Below are positions 34,166 through 46,600 of a stretch of DNA of 64,000 nucleotides, piece after piece; position 1 is the first letter of the stretch, and every line of letters starts with the position of its first letter. A program made the translations under genes and the position numbers. This DNA is from Leucoraja ocellata (lineage: Eukaryota): assembly GCA_036785375.1 (NCBI GenBank), contig JAWMAR010000028.1, positions 11,098,001-11,162,000 of the forward strand, given 5' to 3'. The notes under the pieces were generated by a model. That model saw only the letters and a list, made by a program, of their open reading frames with translations. It had not been told where the DNA came from and ran no database searches.

Positions 34166-37100
34166 CATATTTCCACTTAGCTATAAAAGATGGGAAATAT
34201 TTGGATGGATTAAAGATGGATATTTCCTAATTGGAATAAACTGGAATAATTCCTCATTGGAATAAAAGTGATCAAATCTCTGAGAGACTTTAAAGTTTCT
34301 GAAGCAACGTTTTCAAATTTGAACTTTTTTAATGTTTAGAGTTTGGAGATATAGCATGGAAACAGGCCATTCCGCCCACCGAGATCATACTGACCCTCTA
34401 TCACCCGTTCAAACCAGTTATCCCAATTTCTCATCCACTCCCCACACACTGGGGCAATTCATAGAGGGTAAATTAACCAACAAACCCGCACGTCTTTATG
34501 ATGTGGGAGAAAACCGGAGTACCCGGGAGAAACCCACACGGTCACAGGGAGAAGGTGCAAACTCCACAAGGACAGCACCCGAGGTCAGGGTGGAACCCGG
34601 GTCTCTGGTGCTGTGAGGCAGCTTCCAACCAGCGCCCGGATTGTTCACCAGGTTGGGTAATGTGCTAACGGAGTCGCCCATCTGGCGGGCTGGAGCAGGT
34701 AACGCTGTGGGCCAGATCTGCACTCAATATTTCAGCACCACTGCGGCCTGGGCGATGCACAAAGTACAGGAGCCGCTGGTGCCCGGCGCCACCCCACCGC
34801 CTCGCCCCACAGCCCAATGTTTCCACGTGAGCCGCTCGGCCTCGAAGTAGAAGCAGGATGTCCTCAGTGTATAAGGAACTGCAAGCGCTGCGTTATGCCG
34901 ATCGATACATAGTACTGGAGTAACTCAGCGAGTCAGGCAGCATCGGGCGACGTTTCGGGTCGAGATCCTTCTTCAGACACCTCTGAACACAGATATCCTA
35001 CAGATGTGCTCTGTGCCTGGAGCCAACTCCCAGACTAGTCCTCCCGCCAACTTCACACCCCCGGCCTCCTTCCTGGTCCCCAAAGGCCAATTGGTAAGAG
35101 CAGAGACACTCGTCTTCCTGGTCTTTACTGAACCCGATCCCTGTCCCCACACCAACCGCAAACATTGATTAGCATAGAAACATAGCTAGATAGAAAATAG
35201 GTGCAGTAGGCCATTCAGCCGTTCGAGCCAGCACCGCCATTCAATGTGATCATGGCTGATCATCCACAATCAGTGCCACGCTCCTGCTTTCTCCCCATAT
35301 CCCTTGATTCCGTTAGCCCGAAGAGCTAAACTTAACTCTCTTAAAAACATCCAGTGAATGGGCCTCCACTGCCTTCAGTGGCAGAGAATTCCACAGATTC
35401 ACAACTCTCTGGGTAAAATCGTTTTGCCTCATCTCAGCCCTAAATGGCCTGCCACTTATTCTTGAGCTGTGACCTCTGGTTCTGGACTCCCCCAACATCG
35501 GGAACATTTTTCTGCATCTAGCCTGTCCAATCCCTTAAGTTTGGACATAAGCATGGATGAAGTAGTATCCTAGAGTCTTATCCAGTCTGAGGAAAGGTCC
35601 CGGCCCTACTCGTTGTTTGTCTATTCCCTCCGCAGATGCTGCCTGACCCGCTGAGTTCCCCCAGCACTTTGTGCTTTGCTCAAGATCCAAGCATCTGCAG
35701 TTCCCCGTGGCTCCATTTTACTGCTCCATTTGTATACCAGCTTTGAAGAAGTTCTCCTCTTCTCTCCAGTGGCCAGACCCTCTCTCACTGCACCCACTCC
35801 GTGATTCCTGCTGCTGCTACTGGTCTGGAGAAGGGGAGGGTAGAGCCAAGGAACTGCAGATGCTGGTTTATACCAGAGAGAGACACAAAGTATTGGAATA
35901 ACTCAGCGGGTCAGCGAGTCTCATCAGAAACGTGACCCATCCTTTTTCTCCGAGGATGCTGACTAATCCGCGGAGTTCCTCCAGCATTTTGTGTCTATCT
36001 GAAGAAGGAAAGGTCCTGTCCCGACGCTTCATCTGTCCATTTCCCTCCACAGATGCTGCCTGACCCGATGTTTTTTTTCCCTTGCACTTCATGTTTTGCT
36101 CAAGATCCCAGCGTCTGCAATTCGTTGTGGCTCGTGTCCCGGATAGGTTCGATACAGTCCTTGGTTGGTCGACCAACGGCGGTGGGAGGGGTGGGAGACT
36201 AGTGAAAGGCTCATTGCTTAACTCTGGAGACCTCTCCCTCTCTGGTGACGGCCCGGATTCCGGTTGCAAGGAGGGGGGGGGGGGGGGGGGGGGAGACGAG
36301 GAATTAGGCAACATGACTTCACAGTTTGGTGCGCTCTGTATAACACACGTTGCACAAGAAAGAGGCGATGCGTGGAAGTACGGATTCTGTGATCACAAAG
36401 CGCTGGCCGAACTCAGCGGGTCAGGCAGCATCTGTGTGGGGCGATGGACATACATGTTTTTGTCCGAGTGACTCCGCCTGTGCATAGTCTACCTCCTGTG
36501 ATGGGAGCAGAGAGATCGGGAAAGGAGAGGGGATGGCAGAGATATTGAGAGACTGGATGTTAGCTGTAAATTTGACTAAATGAAGGGGTTCTGCGAGGGC
36601 GGTGTGGCAGAGAAATATCCCGGGAATGGTGCCAGGGTCTGTTTGGAAAAAGCTGCACAATAACACCAAGGAACTTGAAGGAGTCAAAGTCACTCGACTA
36701 ATAAATTAAATGCCATTTAATCCCTTTATTTACTTTTCGGGTGAAATTGGATTGGCTCGTGATTGCAACCTTTGAAATATCCCAACTAGATGTGTAACGC
36801 CAAGTGTAAGAGGAACTCAGCGGGTCGGGCAGCATTTGGGTTTCTGTAGCATGTTGCGTTTTCGTCAAGAATCCCGCATCTGCAGTTTCTTGTGTCTGGC
36901 CTTATGCAGAGATGCTTACAATTCTTAGTGGTATAATCTACACTGTCCACCCAACACTACGGGACCAATAACGTTGGGAGGCCTAGGCGGGGTGGTAGCG
37001 TTGCCCACACGCCCCCCCCCCCCCCCCCCCTGCCCGGTGGTGACATGGCAGAATGACTGTCCGTACAACTTGCTCCTGTGCTACTGCCCCAAGCACACGG

Positions 37101-38218
37101 GCAATACTCTCTTGGTTATCCCTGCATGTCCTGTCACTTCGACACGGTTGAGTTTCTCCTACATCTTCCCGGTTCAGCCGTGAATAACGGGAGAACGTTC
37201 AGACTGCAGACACCGGGAACTGCAGATGCCGGTTTACCAAAAAAAAAAAGATACACGTGCTGGAGTGACTCAGTGGGTCAGATAGCATCTCTGGAGAACA
37301 TGGGTAGGGGATATTTCACAAAGTACTGGAGTAACTCAGCGGGTCAGGCAGCATCTCTGGAGAACATGGACAGGATCAATTCCCATCGCAGATCCACTGC
37401 GTGTACAAGGCGTCGAGGTGGAGTCTACCTGGCCCAAGAGCCGAGAGGAATTGCTCTGATAGGGTCACACAGGAGCTCTCACGCCCGTACATGGGAGACA
37501 CGGGCCTCGGATCTGCAGTGTTACACACCCCCTCCGCTCTGGGAGATGCTGGTGGGAGAGGGCTCGCAAATAAATATCCGTGATGGGGTCGGGCGCAGCG
37601 CTCTCACCGTGTACGGGTGGGAATAACGCGCAACTTCCCGCTAAAGCGATGCTGAACTCCGGAGACCAGATTTTGTTGGCAGTTTGTAGCCGGCGCCATG
37701 ACAACCCGTCTCTGCTCGTTTACCGCTGATTCGTTCTCAGTTGATTTATTTATTTTTCTTGTAAGGGGGAACTCCATTAATCTACTCTGGGAAGGCGAAG
37801 GGACGCTTTGAGTGGCGCGGAGCTACGGTGCGTAAGCGGTATAACAACTCTTGCAGTGAAGCTGAAACACACACTTGTGGTGCTACATGGATGAACACCA
37901 AAAACAAAACAGCATTTAATCGTGCCTGGTGATAGGTGGGGTAGCATAAGTGTGTATACTTTAGATACTACTTTAGCATTGGGAATGGCTTTCTTGGTTG
38001 AGCGCTTATCCTTGTTTATAGCACAAGTAATTTGTGTTTTAATAGTCATTCAAACTCTCATTTCTCCAGTATTTCCCGATTTATATGGAGGAATATTATC
38101 CATAAAGTAAGGTTAATTCCAGGACTAACCCTTCTCATGTAACCAATGGCGGGGGAGATGTGCAATGTCAATGGGCGAGGGTGGTCGGGGTGTTACAATA
38201 GACAGCTGTAGTTTCCGT

Positions 38219-38515
38219 GTGTGGGTATGTAACTGTAAAAGAGAGAGAGTGTGTGTGTGTATGTATGTGTCTGGGTATATATGTGCGTGTGTATATGTGC
38301 GTGTGTGTGTCTATGTCTGTGTGTGTGTGTGTGTGTGTGTGTTAGTGTGTGCGCATGTACGCGGGTGTCTGTGTGTGTGTGCGTATGTGTGTATGTGTGT
38401 ATATGCGTGTGTGTGCATGCGTACCTGTGTGTGTGTGTGTGTGTACGTGTGCCTGTGTGCGCGGGTGTATGTGCGTCTGTGCGTGCGTGTGTGAGAGAGA
38501 GGGCGAGAGAAAGCA
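38219..38515. repeat. Degenerate (GT)n/(GA)n microsatellite (partly N in copy 1, 7638-7920)
   Basis: Directly visible gtgtgt/gcgt/gtat tract. Confidence 0.95.
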
Positions 38516-41500
38516 AACCCATCTTTGCGGGAGAGTAACCCATCTTGCTCCGCTATAAGATATTTGAGAGAGAGTGTGTGTGTGTATATGTGTGTGCGTG
38601 CGGGTGTTGTTTCGTTGTGACTTTGAGTTGATCAGGGAGATTATCAGGATCCAGGGTCCGACTGATTTGCAAAGCCTTCAACACGTCCGGCCCTTGTCAT
38701 AGCTGCCTCCCATTATCCGGCAACAGTATAAAAGATAACGTTTTCTGTTTAATAGACTACCGTCTCCTCTGTGATGAGCAACAGTCACTGTAAACACTGT
38801 ATGATTTCACATTTAAGAGTTCAGAACACAAAAAGTAGAGAAACTATTAGCTCTGTAAAGCGTCTAAAGGGAGGGGGGTGGTGATAGTTGTCTGTGACTG
38901 CGACAATTACACCGGACACGTCTTTGATTTCATTTTACCATTTACTTCTATTTCGGGATGACGATGTTATAGAAGATAATGTGTATTGTGGTCTGCCGTA
39001 TTCCCCAAAGTTATTATTCTTGCATTCCACTACTATAACATAAAACAGTGGAATCAGCCGTTTGATCTCCTGCCTGACACCATGAGAATCAAATGTTCAC
39101 ACGCCGGAGACTCGGAAATGTTCTAAATGTGCACGTTAATAAAATGCGAGCATTAAATAATGTCCTTTCAGTTTTTACTGTTCAAAAGTGGCAACACAGC
39201 GAAGCAGTGCTGTTTTAGACGAGATCCACGTATGGGCTGCATCTCCTGAAGACATCTTTTTGCAAAGAAGAATTCTTCATTATATCTGCACTATTTTTCA
39301 GTCTGAGGACCGATTTTCCTTTTTTAAACACCCTGTTTTGAAATGATGGCGAACTCAATGCTCGCTCTCAAGATTTTCCTGTTTTTAAACCTGGTCCTTT
39401 TTTAGGTCTTAGAACCACAGGCCGATTCAACTTTGCTTTATATCAAAATGTACCAAATAGTTTAGTTTCCAACGAAGAGTGCCCCCGAATATCCAACTGT
39501 CACCGGTGTGAAGAACTATCCCAACAGGGACTGAATGTTTTTAATAAGAACAACTTTAAAAATGTCGTGCAGAACCCATAAAACAATAACAATTCGTCCC
39601 CAGTTTCATACCACTAAGTATTTGTTGTTTGTGTTGCGCGAGGTTTGCAAAGGTTATAACTTGAACAATCTCCAATGTGTTTACATGTCGCATCAACTAC
39701 GGGATACGTTGACATATTCTGTTGTGCTGCTGCAAGTAAGAATGACATTGTTCTCTCTGGGATATGTCACAATAAACACACTCTTGAGTCTTGACACTCC
39801 ATAATGACGTTTGATATGGACACATTGTATCCCACAATATAGTTTCGTTTGGGATTTTTTCATCAACTAATTTGGCCATTTGGTTGCAACATGGTCGTGG
39901 TGAATGTTTAGTGAGCTGTCATCGCTATACTGTACTAATGAACGTGAAATGCGCCGTTTGATGTGCGTGGCTTTGCAATAAAGAAATACTGGCAAATGTT
40001 CCCCAACATTTAAAGGAACACAGCCCCTCGTGTTCCCTTTGCTATTTTTTTTATTTCCGATCGTCTCTACCGTAAGAATTAAAAAAAAAACTGCTTCTTA
40101 AGATAACTGTCTTATTAAAAGCAGAAACAGGCGTGAGTCATAATATACCGCATGGTGACACTGTCAACTGAGACCGTTGGTAATGGTTGCGTGGTGGGAA
40201 AACTCCCAGAAACATCTGCATTAGGACATCACCCCAACAACACAACCATTAGCGTCGGTGTCCTCATGTCTAGTTTTAATATAGGAATGAATATAGAAAA
40301 AAACCCATATATGTATATATATATATGTATCTTACAATATATAGAGTTTTTATACTACTTTGGCATTGGGCTTGGGTTTCTTGGTTGANNNNNNNNNNNN
40401 NNNNNNNNNNNNNNNNNNNNNNNNNNNNNNNNNNNNNNNNNNNNNNNNNNNNNNNNNNNNNNNNNNNNNNNNNNNNNNNNNNNNNNNNNNNNNNNNNNNN
40501 NNNNNNNNNNNNNNNNNNNNNNNNNNNNNNNNNNNNNNNNNNNNNNNNNNNNNNNNNNNTGTGTATGTGTGTGCATAATTCAGTTATATATTGGAATCTT
40601 GATACATATATGAACCTATGTATTCATGGGTTCATATATGGTTCATACATATATATGTGTATACATATATATATATATATATATACGTATCCATGGTATA
40701 TATACGGTCTTGAAGAGGGTGGGGGAGTGTGCGTTGATCCAACAAATGAATCAGTTGAATATAGATGAAGCTAACAATGTATTAGCGGCGTAAGTGCTTT
40801 GAGTCAGGGTGTTGCATAACAAGGACACGTTGCCTCAGAGAGGGAGTCATGTGTTGCATTAAGCAGTCGAGTGTGTTCGATACTGAAATCTGTTTATTAC
40901 AATTAACATCAACCAATGAAAATGTATACATCACCCAAGAACAGTACTGACAATATTACATCCGACCCTTTGATAATTAAAAGAATTTAGAGAAAGTATT
41001 ATAATGGCATGCACAATGTGTCTCAGTTTTGATTTTCAACCAGCAATACCAAAGTGTCGCCTGTGGGCTGGAAGGGCTTGCGAATTTAGACTCAAAATAC
41101 CTTAACATTGATAATCCCTGTTATAAGAATGTCGCTCATAGTCATCATAACCAAATCTCCACATTACAAATGGATATCAAATTGATTACACATTTAGAAT
41201 CGTATAATACAGAAAAAGCGCTGCGTTTGATCTCCGAAAAATGGTTAATTTATCGTTCAGCTTGTCTGTGCAATGACCTGTCCTAACCGCATCCTAATTC
41301 TTTCCAATTCCAGCGCACACTTTATCTTCTCTCTACATGTATGTCCACTGATAGCTTAAAAGTAAAAAATATACAACACGTTGCGTCCTACATTAGCTTA
41401 AACATTCAAGCAAATGACATTTTGGAGTCTTATTATAGTTATGTATCTGAGTAAATTTTTAGGATATTTAATTGTGTGTTAATATAGTCTTTGTCTTCAC

Positions 41501-41541
41501 TGATGTTGAATTCCGATCAACCTTCCCCCTTCTTAAAATAC

Positions 41542-41598
41542 CTAGGGAATTTTCAAACGTCGGGAGGTGTGGCTGTAATGCCCCAAGATTTGTTCTCC
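41542..41598 (-). CDS. lhx9: lhx9 copy 2 alternative last exon (Lhx9-alpha)
   Basis: GEQILGHYSHTSRRLKIP* with an AG acceptor, as at 10980-11036. Confidence 0.87.
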   Translation of the reverse strand, partial: GEQILGHYSHTSRRLKIP

Positions 41599-43423
41599 CT
41601 GAAAGAAATCATAGTAACAGTTTATTAAACTACAGAGCAACCTGTCCTTACGGGGTCTTTTTGTTATGTTTTTTAACAAGGATAATATTTCCACCATTTC
41701 GTGAAAAACTATTTTGAAAAGGTAAATCTGCATTATTTGGACTTTTGGCATTATTTTTCCCTGAATCTGTAAAGTTCCAACTGATTTAGTCCCCCCTCCC
41801 CTTTAAAACAAAACTTGTGGGCCCCTAACCCACCGGAGCAGGTTTTTTAAATTCGAAGTCATTTTGGGTCTCTCTCAATCTACGCTAACAACCTGAACTT
41901 ATGTGCACGCTTGCTTCCTGATTATCTACAGCCGTGTTTCATTTACTGCGTCAAAGCACAGTTGCTTGTTTCACCTGTGTATGTCCCTGAAACATCTGTC
42001 ATTTATTTCTAAATTAAGTGGCCATTCTAGAGTCGAAAATAGACAATTGAAAAAATAGAGATCGTGGAAAAGTAATGTTGGTACAAACATACAATCTATA
42101 ACCTTTGAAATAAACTCGATGTGTGGTGTATTCATTTCAGGCACTTTTTATAACATTAGTGCTTTTCTGCTTGAGCTGATAAAATGTTTAGTTCCTGATT
42201 TATTCATTTTAAATGGTGTTATGTCTCTACATTCGCCTGTTTGTATTATTACCGACATTTTCTGGTTTTCAAACGAGTTTCACGCGTAAGGTCACTCGCC
42301 CGTACACAATTCACATAGACGTAGTTCGAGGAACTTATTTGACATTATAATATAAACGCCGCATGAAATAAGGCTGAACTGAAAACGATCAAACAAACTG
42401 GTTTAATCACACACTTTTAATAAGATATCACAAACGTTTGGTCCATAAATATTTAAGGGGACAACGCGCCTGTACAGTGTATTCATGTTAAAAACAAAGT
42501 AACATCAACAATCTCATCAAAACCACTTACTGTACTAATCATAAACACGAAAATCAACAGAAGGACCTCGAACGTACTTTGCAGTACTTAACATCGGGAA
42601 TACCAACTATCCTAGTGAGACAGTGTTCATATTTGCCTTGAAGGACAAATGCAAATGCCGTTTCTTTTCTTTTCAAAAAACAGTTTCCCCCCCCCCCCCC
42701 CAAAAAAAAGTTTTCAGAAAAAGAGGTAACAATACAAAACTTGTGAGGTGTCAGAAGGGATTTATTTTCTCTCTTTCTCTCCAAACAAGGGAAACACGTC
42801 ACAAATTTTCTTCAGTAATATCGTAAGGCACGTGATAAAGCTGCGATGGACCTCACTCGCTAAAATAGATCCTGTATCATGTTCCGTTCTTCCAAAGAAC
42901 GCGTGGTTTTGTTTGAATAATCTTGGCCAGATTTATTGTATTAATGTCGGTACCGAACACATGACAATAAACGCGGAATAGAGGCTGGATAGGCGGTAAC
43001 TGGTGAGTGCGCATGAAATTGTCTCTGTTTAAAAAAACCCTCTCCCTAAAACACAAGCCTGCAATGCAGAGGCCTCGTTAACAAAAGGTGGGCACTTTCA
43101 GCAGAGGTGAAGAAAACAGGAGTATGTTTGTATGACCAGTGTAGTGGAAAGTGAAAGTCTGAAGGAAGATATAGTTGGAAATGGGATTATATTCCAAGCG
43201 CAGTCACCACTGCACAATCCATTGACATTGATTTCTATTTGTGTAAACTGTTTTGTTCTCTACTGTTGTAAACTAGAATTCGTCAATAAACAAAAAATAT
43301 ATATATTCATATCAGTTATTTAACAAAATCATCCTACACAACAAACAGGATTTGTTTTTTTTAACTTCCCAGGGATTTTTTTCTCTCTCTCTCTCTCTGT
43401 TGTAAAGGAATCTGCTAAAAATG

Positions 43424-43687
43424 TTAGAAAAGGTTCGTTAAGGTAGTTTGTGAAGGACTCCCGGATTCGTGCGCGTCCAGGTTAGTGGTCACTGACGATA
43501 CTACTGACAGAGTGGGATTGGTCAAGTCTGTTAAAGTGGTCGAGGTGCTGCCCGGACTGAGTGCGGCGCCGGACCTCTCTGCTGGGGGCGGGGCGGGCAG
43601 TGCTGTCCCGTCAGCTTTATCACCACCCCCATTCTCTTGTCGCAAAAGGTTCCTTCTGAATTTGGCTCTTGCGTTTTGAAACCAAAC
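43424..43687 (-). CDS. lhx9: lhx9 copy 2 coding exon 5
   Basis: Same translation as 12860-13123. Confidence 0.96.
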   Translation of the reverse strand, partial: VWFQNARAKFRRNLLRQENGGGDKADGTALPAPPPAERSGAALSPGSTSTTLTDLTNPTLSVVSSVTTNLDAHESGSPSQTTLTNLF

Positions 43688-46600
43688 CTGCAAACCAATC
43701 CCATGTAATCTTTTTACCGATCTTTTGATGCTTTCATCTAATCACAAACCACAAATCATTGCTATAGATAGATATAGATAGATATATAGATAGATAAATT
43801 ATTTAAACAGCTAAAACTATTCATTAAATAGATCAGCATTAAATGGTCTGGGGATGCCATTGTGATATTAAAAAAACACTTAATACCATTGACTGGCCTA
43901 CACAATGCTAGTTCATAACAATGGCACACATATAAAACTATTTTACCTAACGAGTTAGGAACTATAATTCTTAAAACTTAAAATGAGTTTATTCAAGCCC
44001 TATGTTGCATCCACCAGTATTCTAGCGTGGGAGGAAGTGGTGAAGGCTCTCGGCTGAGTTATTTACCCCGATAACCCCCCCCCCCCCCCCTCCCCCTCCC
44101 CCTCCCCCTCCCCTCCCTCCCTCCACCCCTCCCTACCGCCTCTCTCAACTCCATGGCCCAAGAAAGTACTCCACGGCGCGGCTGTCACACGGGAGTTTAT
44201 TTACCAACCATCCCAATCTCAACGACTACCCCCCATTTAGCCAAATGCAGCAAGTTGTAGAGATCCTACCGACTATCTACGATCAGTTAACTTTGAGAAA
44301 TTAATTAAGAATGAGAGGCGTGAGCCGGTTGGAAATGCAATTTGTTCTAATGGTTAGCAAGATGGGCGAATTGTCATTTTGGGTAAGGTCTAAAATCCTT
44401 GGATTAACTCTCAGTTCTGGGTTGTGTATTCAGCGCCTAAGTCTGCAAGTGTTCATCCTATCTTGGTGTTTAAGAAGGAATTGCAGATGCTGGAAAATCG
44501 AAGGCACACAAAAATGCTGGAGAAACTCAGCGGGTGCAGCAGCATCTATGGAGCGATGTGCTGCTGCGCCCGCTGAGTTTCTCCAGCATTTTTGTGTACA
44601 TCCTACCTTGGTGTTCAGTTCACCATCCCTCAGTGCAACAAGACCGATCAAACCGGGACTTACGACACACTAATGTTATTAATGGGACATATATTTGAGA
44701 GCAGATGAAACATAGATGCTCTCTATACCACCCCCCTCCTTAAGCATTTGGGTTCTTGTTTTAATGTGTCTGGCACTCCCGGACGTAACTCTGTTAATGT
44801 GTCAGTACTTTGCAATTTAAAAAAGTTATCTTCTTGGTGATTACAGAACATTAAGGAAGGGAGCGGGGAAACTAGGGTTAAAATCTCCTTTGTAAATAGG
44901 AACGCGTCTTACCTGCAAAACTCTTTTGGTGAGCCCAGTTTTCTGAGCGAGTTGCTTTAAGTCTTTCGCGTCTGGGTTGTGGTTTATGGCGAAGTAGGAC
45001 TTCATGGTGCGGAGCTGGTGGTGCTTGAAGGAGGTGCGCATTCGCTTGGTTTTCTGGGTCGGCGGGTAGGACTGTTGTTCCCTGTCCAAGTGGTCAGCGT
45101 CGTTCTCATTGCAGCCTAGGACGCAGAAACAGAAGCGCGCTGTGTGTTAATTGCCGCTCCCACTGAGCTCCCGCTCGCCGCTCTATCAGTTGCTGCCTGC
45201 ACTAGGTGGCGCTAACTCCCCATCCTTGTCTGAAGAAGGGTTTCGGCCCGAAACGTTGCCTATTTCCTTCGCTCCATAGATGCTGCTGCACCCGCTGAGT
45301 TTCTCCAGCTTTTCTGTGTAACCTCCCCATCCTTCACCACTGGGTTCCATATCATGAGATAGTTGTAATCCATATAAATTATGGTAGAGTTTGTGTTTGC
45401 CACATAATGCCTGGGATATTGGTTAAACCCCCCTTTCTACTCTTCCTAAGGCTCCCAGATCAACCAAGCTCTCAGGAATTTTGATATTTTGGCAATCTCT
45501 CCTCAAAATATTACATTACTAATAACATGCAAAGATGGCCTTGTGCTTTGTGCGGAGTGACATGTTTTCGTACTAAACCCATGGGAGGAATCAATTTCGT
45601 TAAGTACGTTTGCTGCATTTCATTTAACTGTGTGCGATCACCGCCGGTTAAGGTTCTAATGGCGGAAACGCAATCTGATCACTACATTAAATAATTGTTG
45701 ATCGCTATTTGGTATTACGTGCAGCTACACTTTTTAATTCAGTGGCCTTACTAGCAAATGCAAGATGATGCCATATTTGGAAAACTCGTTTGCTTCCCAT
45801 AATGTTAATGCATTCAATGAAAGAACTTTCTTAAAATTACACATCAAACTACACATTAATTTTTTTTTAAAGTGGATACCACACTTCCAAAAAATAGCGT
45901 ATCACGTTTTAATAAATGGTTTGAGTTATTGCAAGCTTAGTGAGATTTAATGACATTTGCGGTCACATATAATTTAACAGTGACATTAACTGTTCGTCTC
46001 ACTCTGCATCAGAGTAATTTCAAAGCAAGTCTAATCTTCCGATTCTAGCTCGATCTCTTGTAAAAGGCACAGATAACTGGCGCAGCTAAGGGAGCTTTCT
46101 AGCTACAGAGGCACCGGGCGCAGTTTCATTAAAAAAAACTTAAGCAACCAACTTCCCGGTTTGAGTTTTTAAAAAGTGTGGCCTTATATCTAAACCAAGT
46201 CAGATACTACGAGCAACGAGTGGATCGAGTGCTCCCTGACTTCTACGATTAATTTATGTTTCATTAAACGGCTTTCCTGAGTTTCATTTTAGCCCATTTT
46301 AATTTTAATTGGACATGCATGGTAAATGGTTGGAATTTGCAATTACATACGCAAAGGTTAGCATTAACAATCTAATGCTATATTTGCAAATCCATTATGA
46401 AAGTATTAAGAATCTCCAACAAAGTCACTATTAAAAAAATACTGCCTATTTATAAAATGTCTAACTTCCCACAAAGAAATTATGTTTTTACATTGTTTAT
46501 TTGTCCATTCTGTGCAAAACCAACCGTCTATCTACACAAAGTACTGAAATACCAGCTATGCAAAGTGGTTTTACACGGTATGAACAAAAACGCTTTTCTT

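Noticed and set aside
38165-38558. ORFs rich in Cys/Val or His/Thr
   Set aside because: These are translations of a (GT)n microsatellite. ORFs spanning N runs are likewise artefacts.
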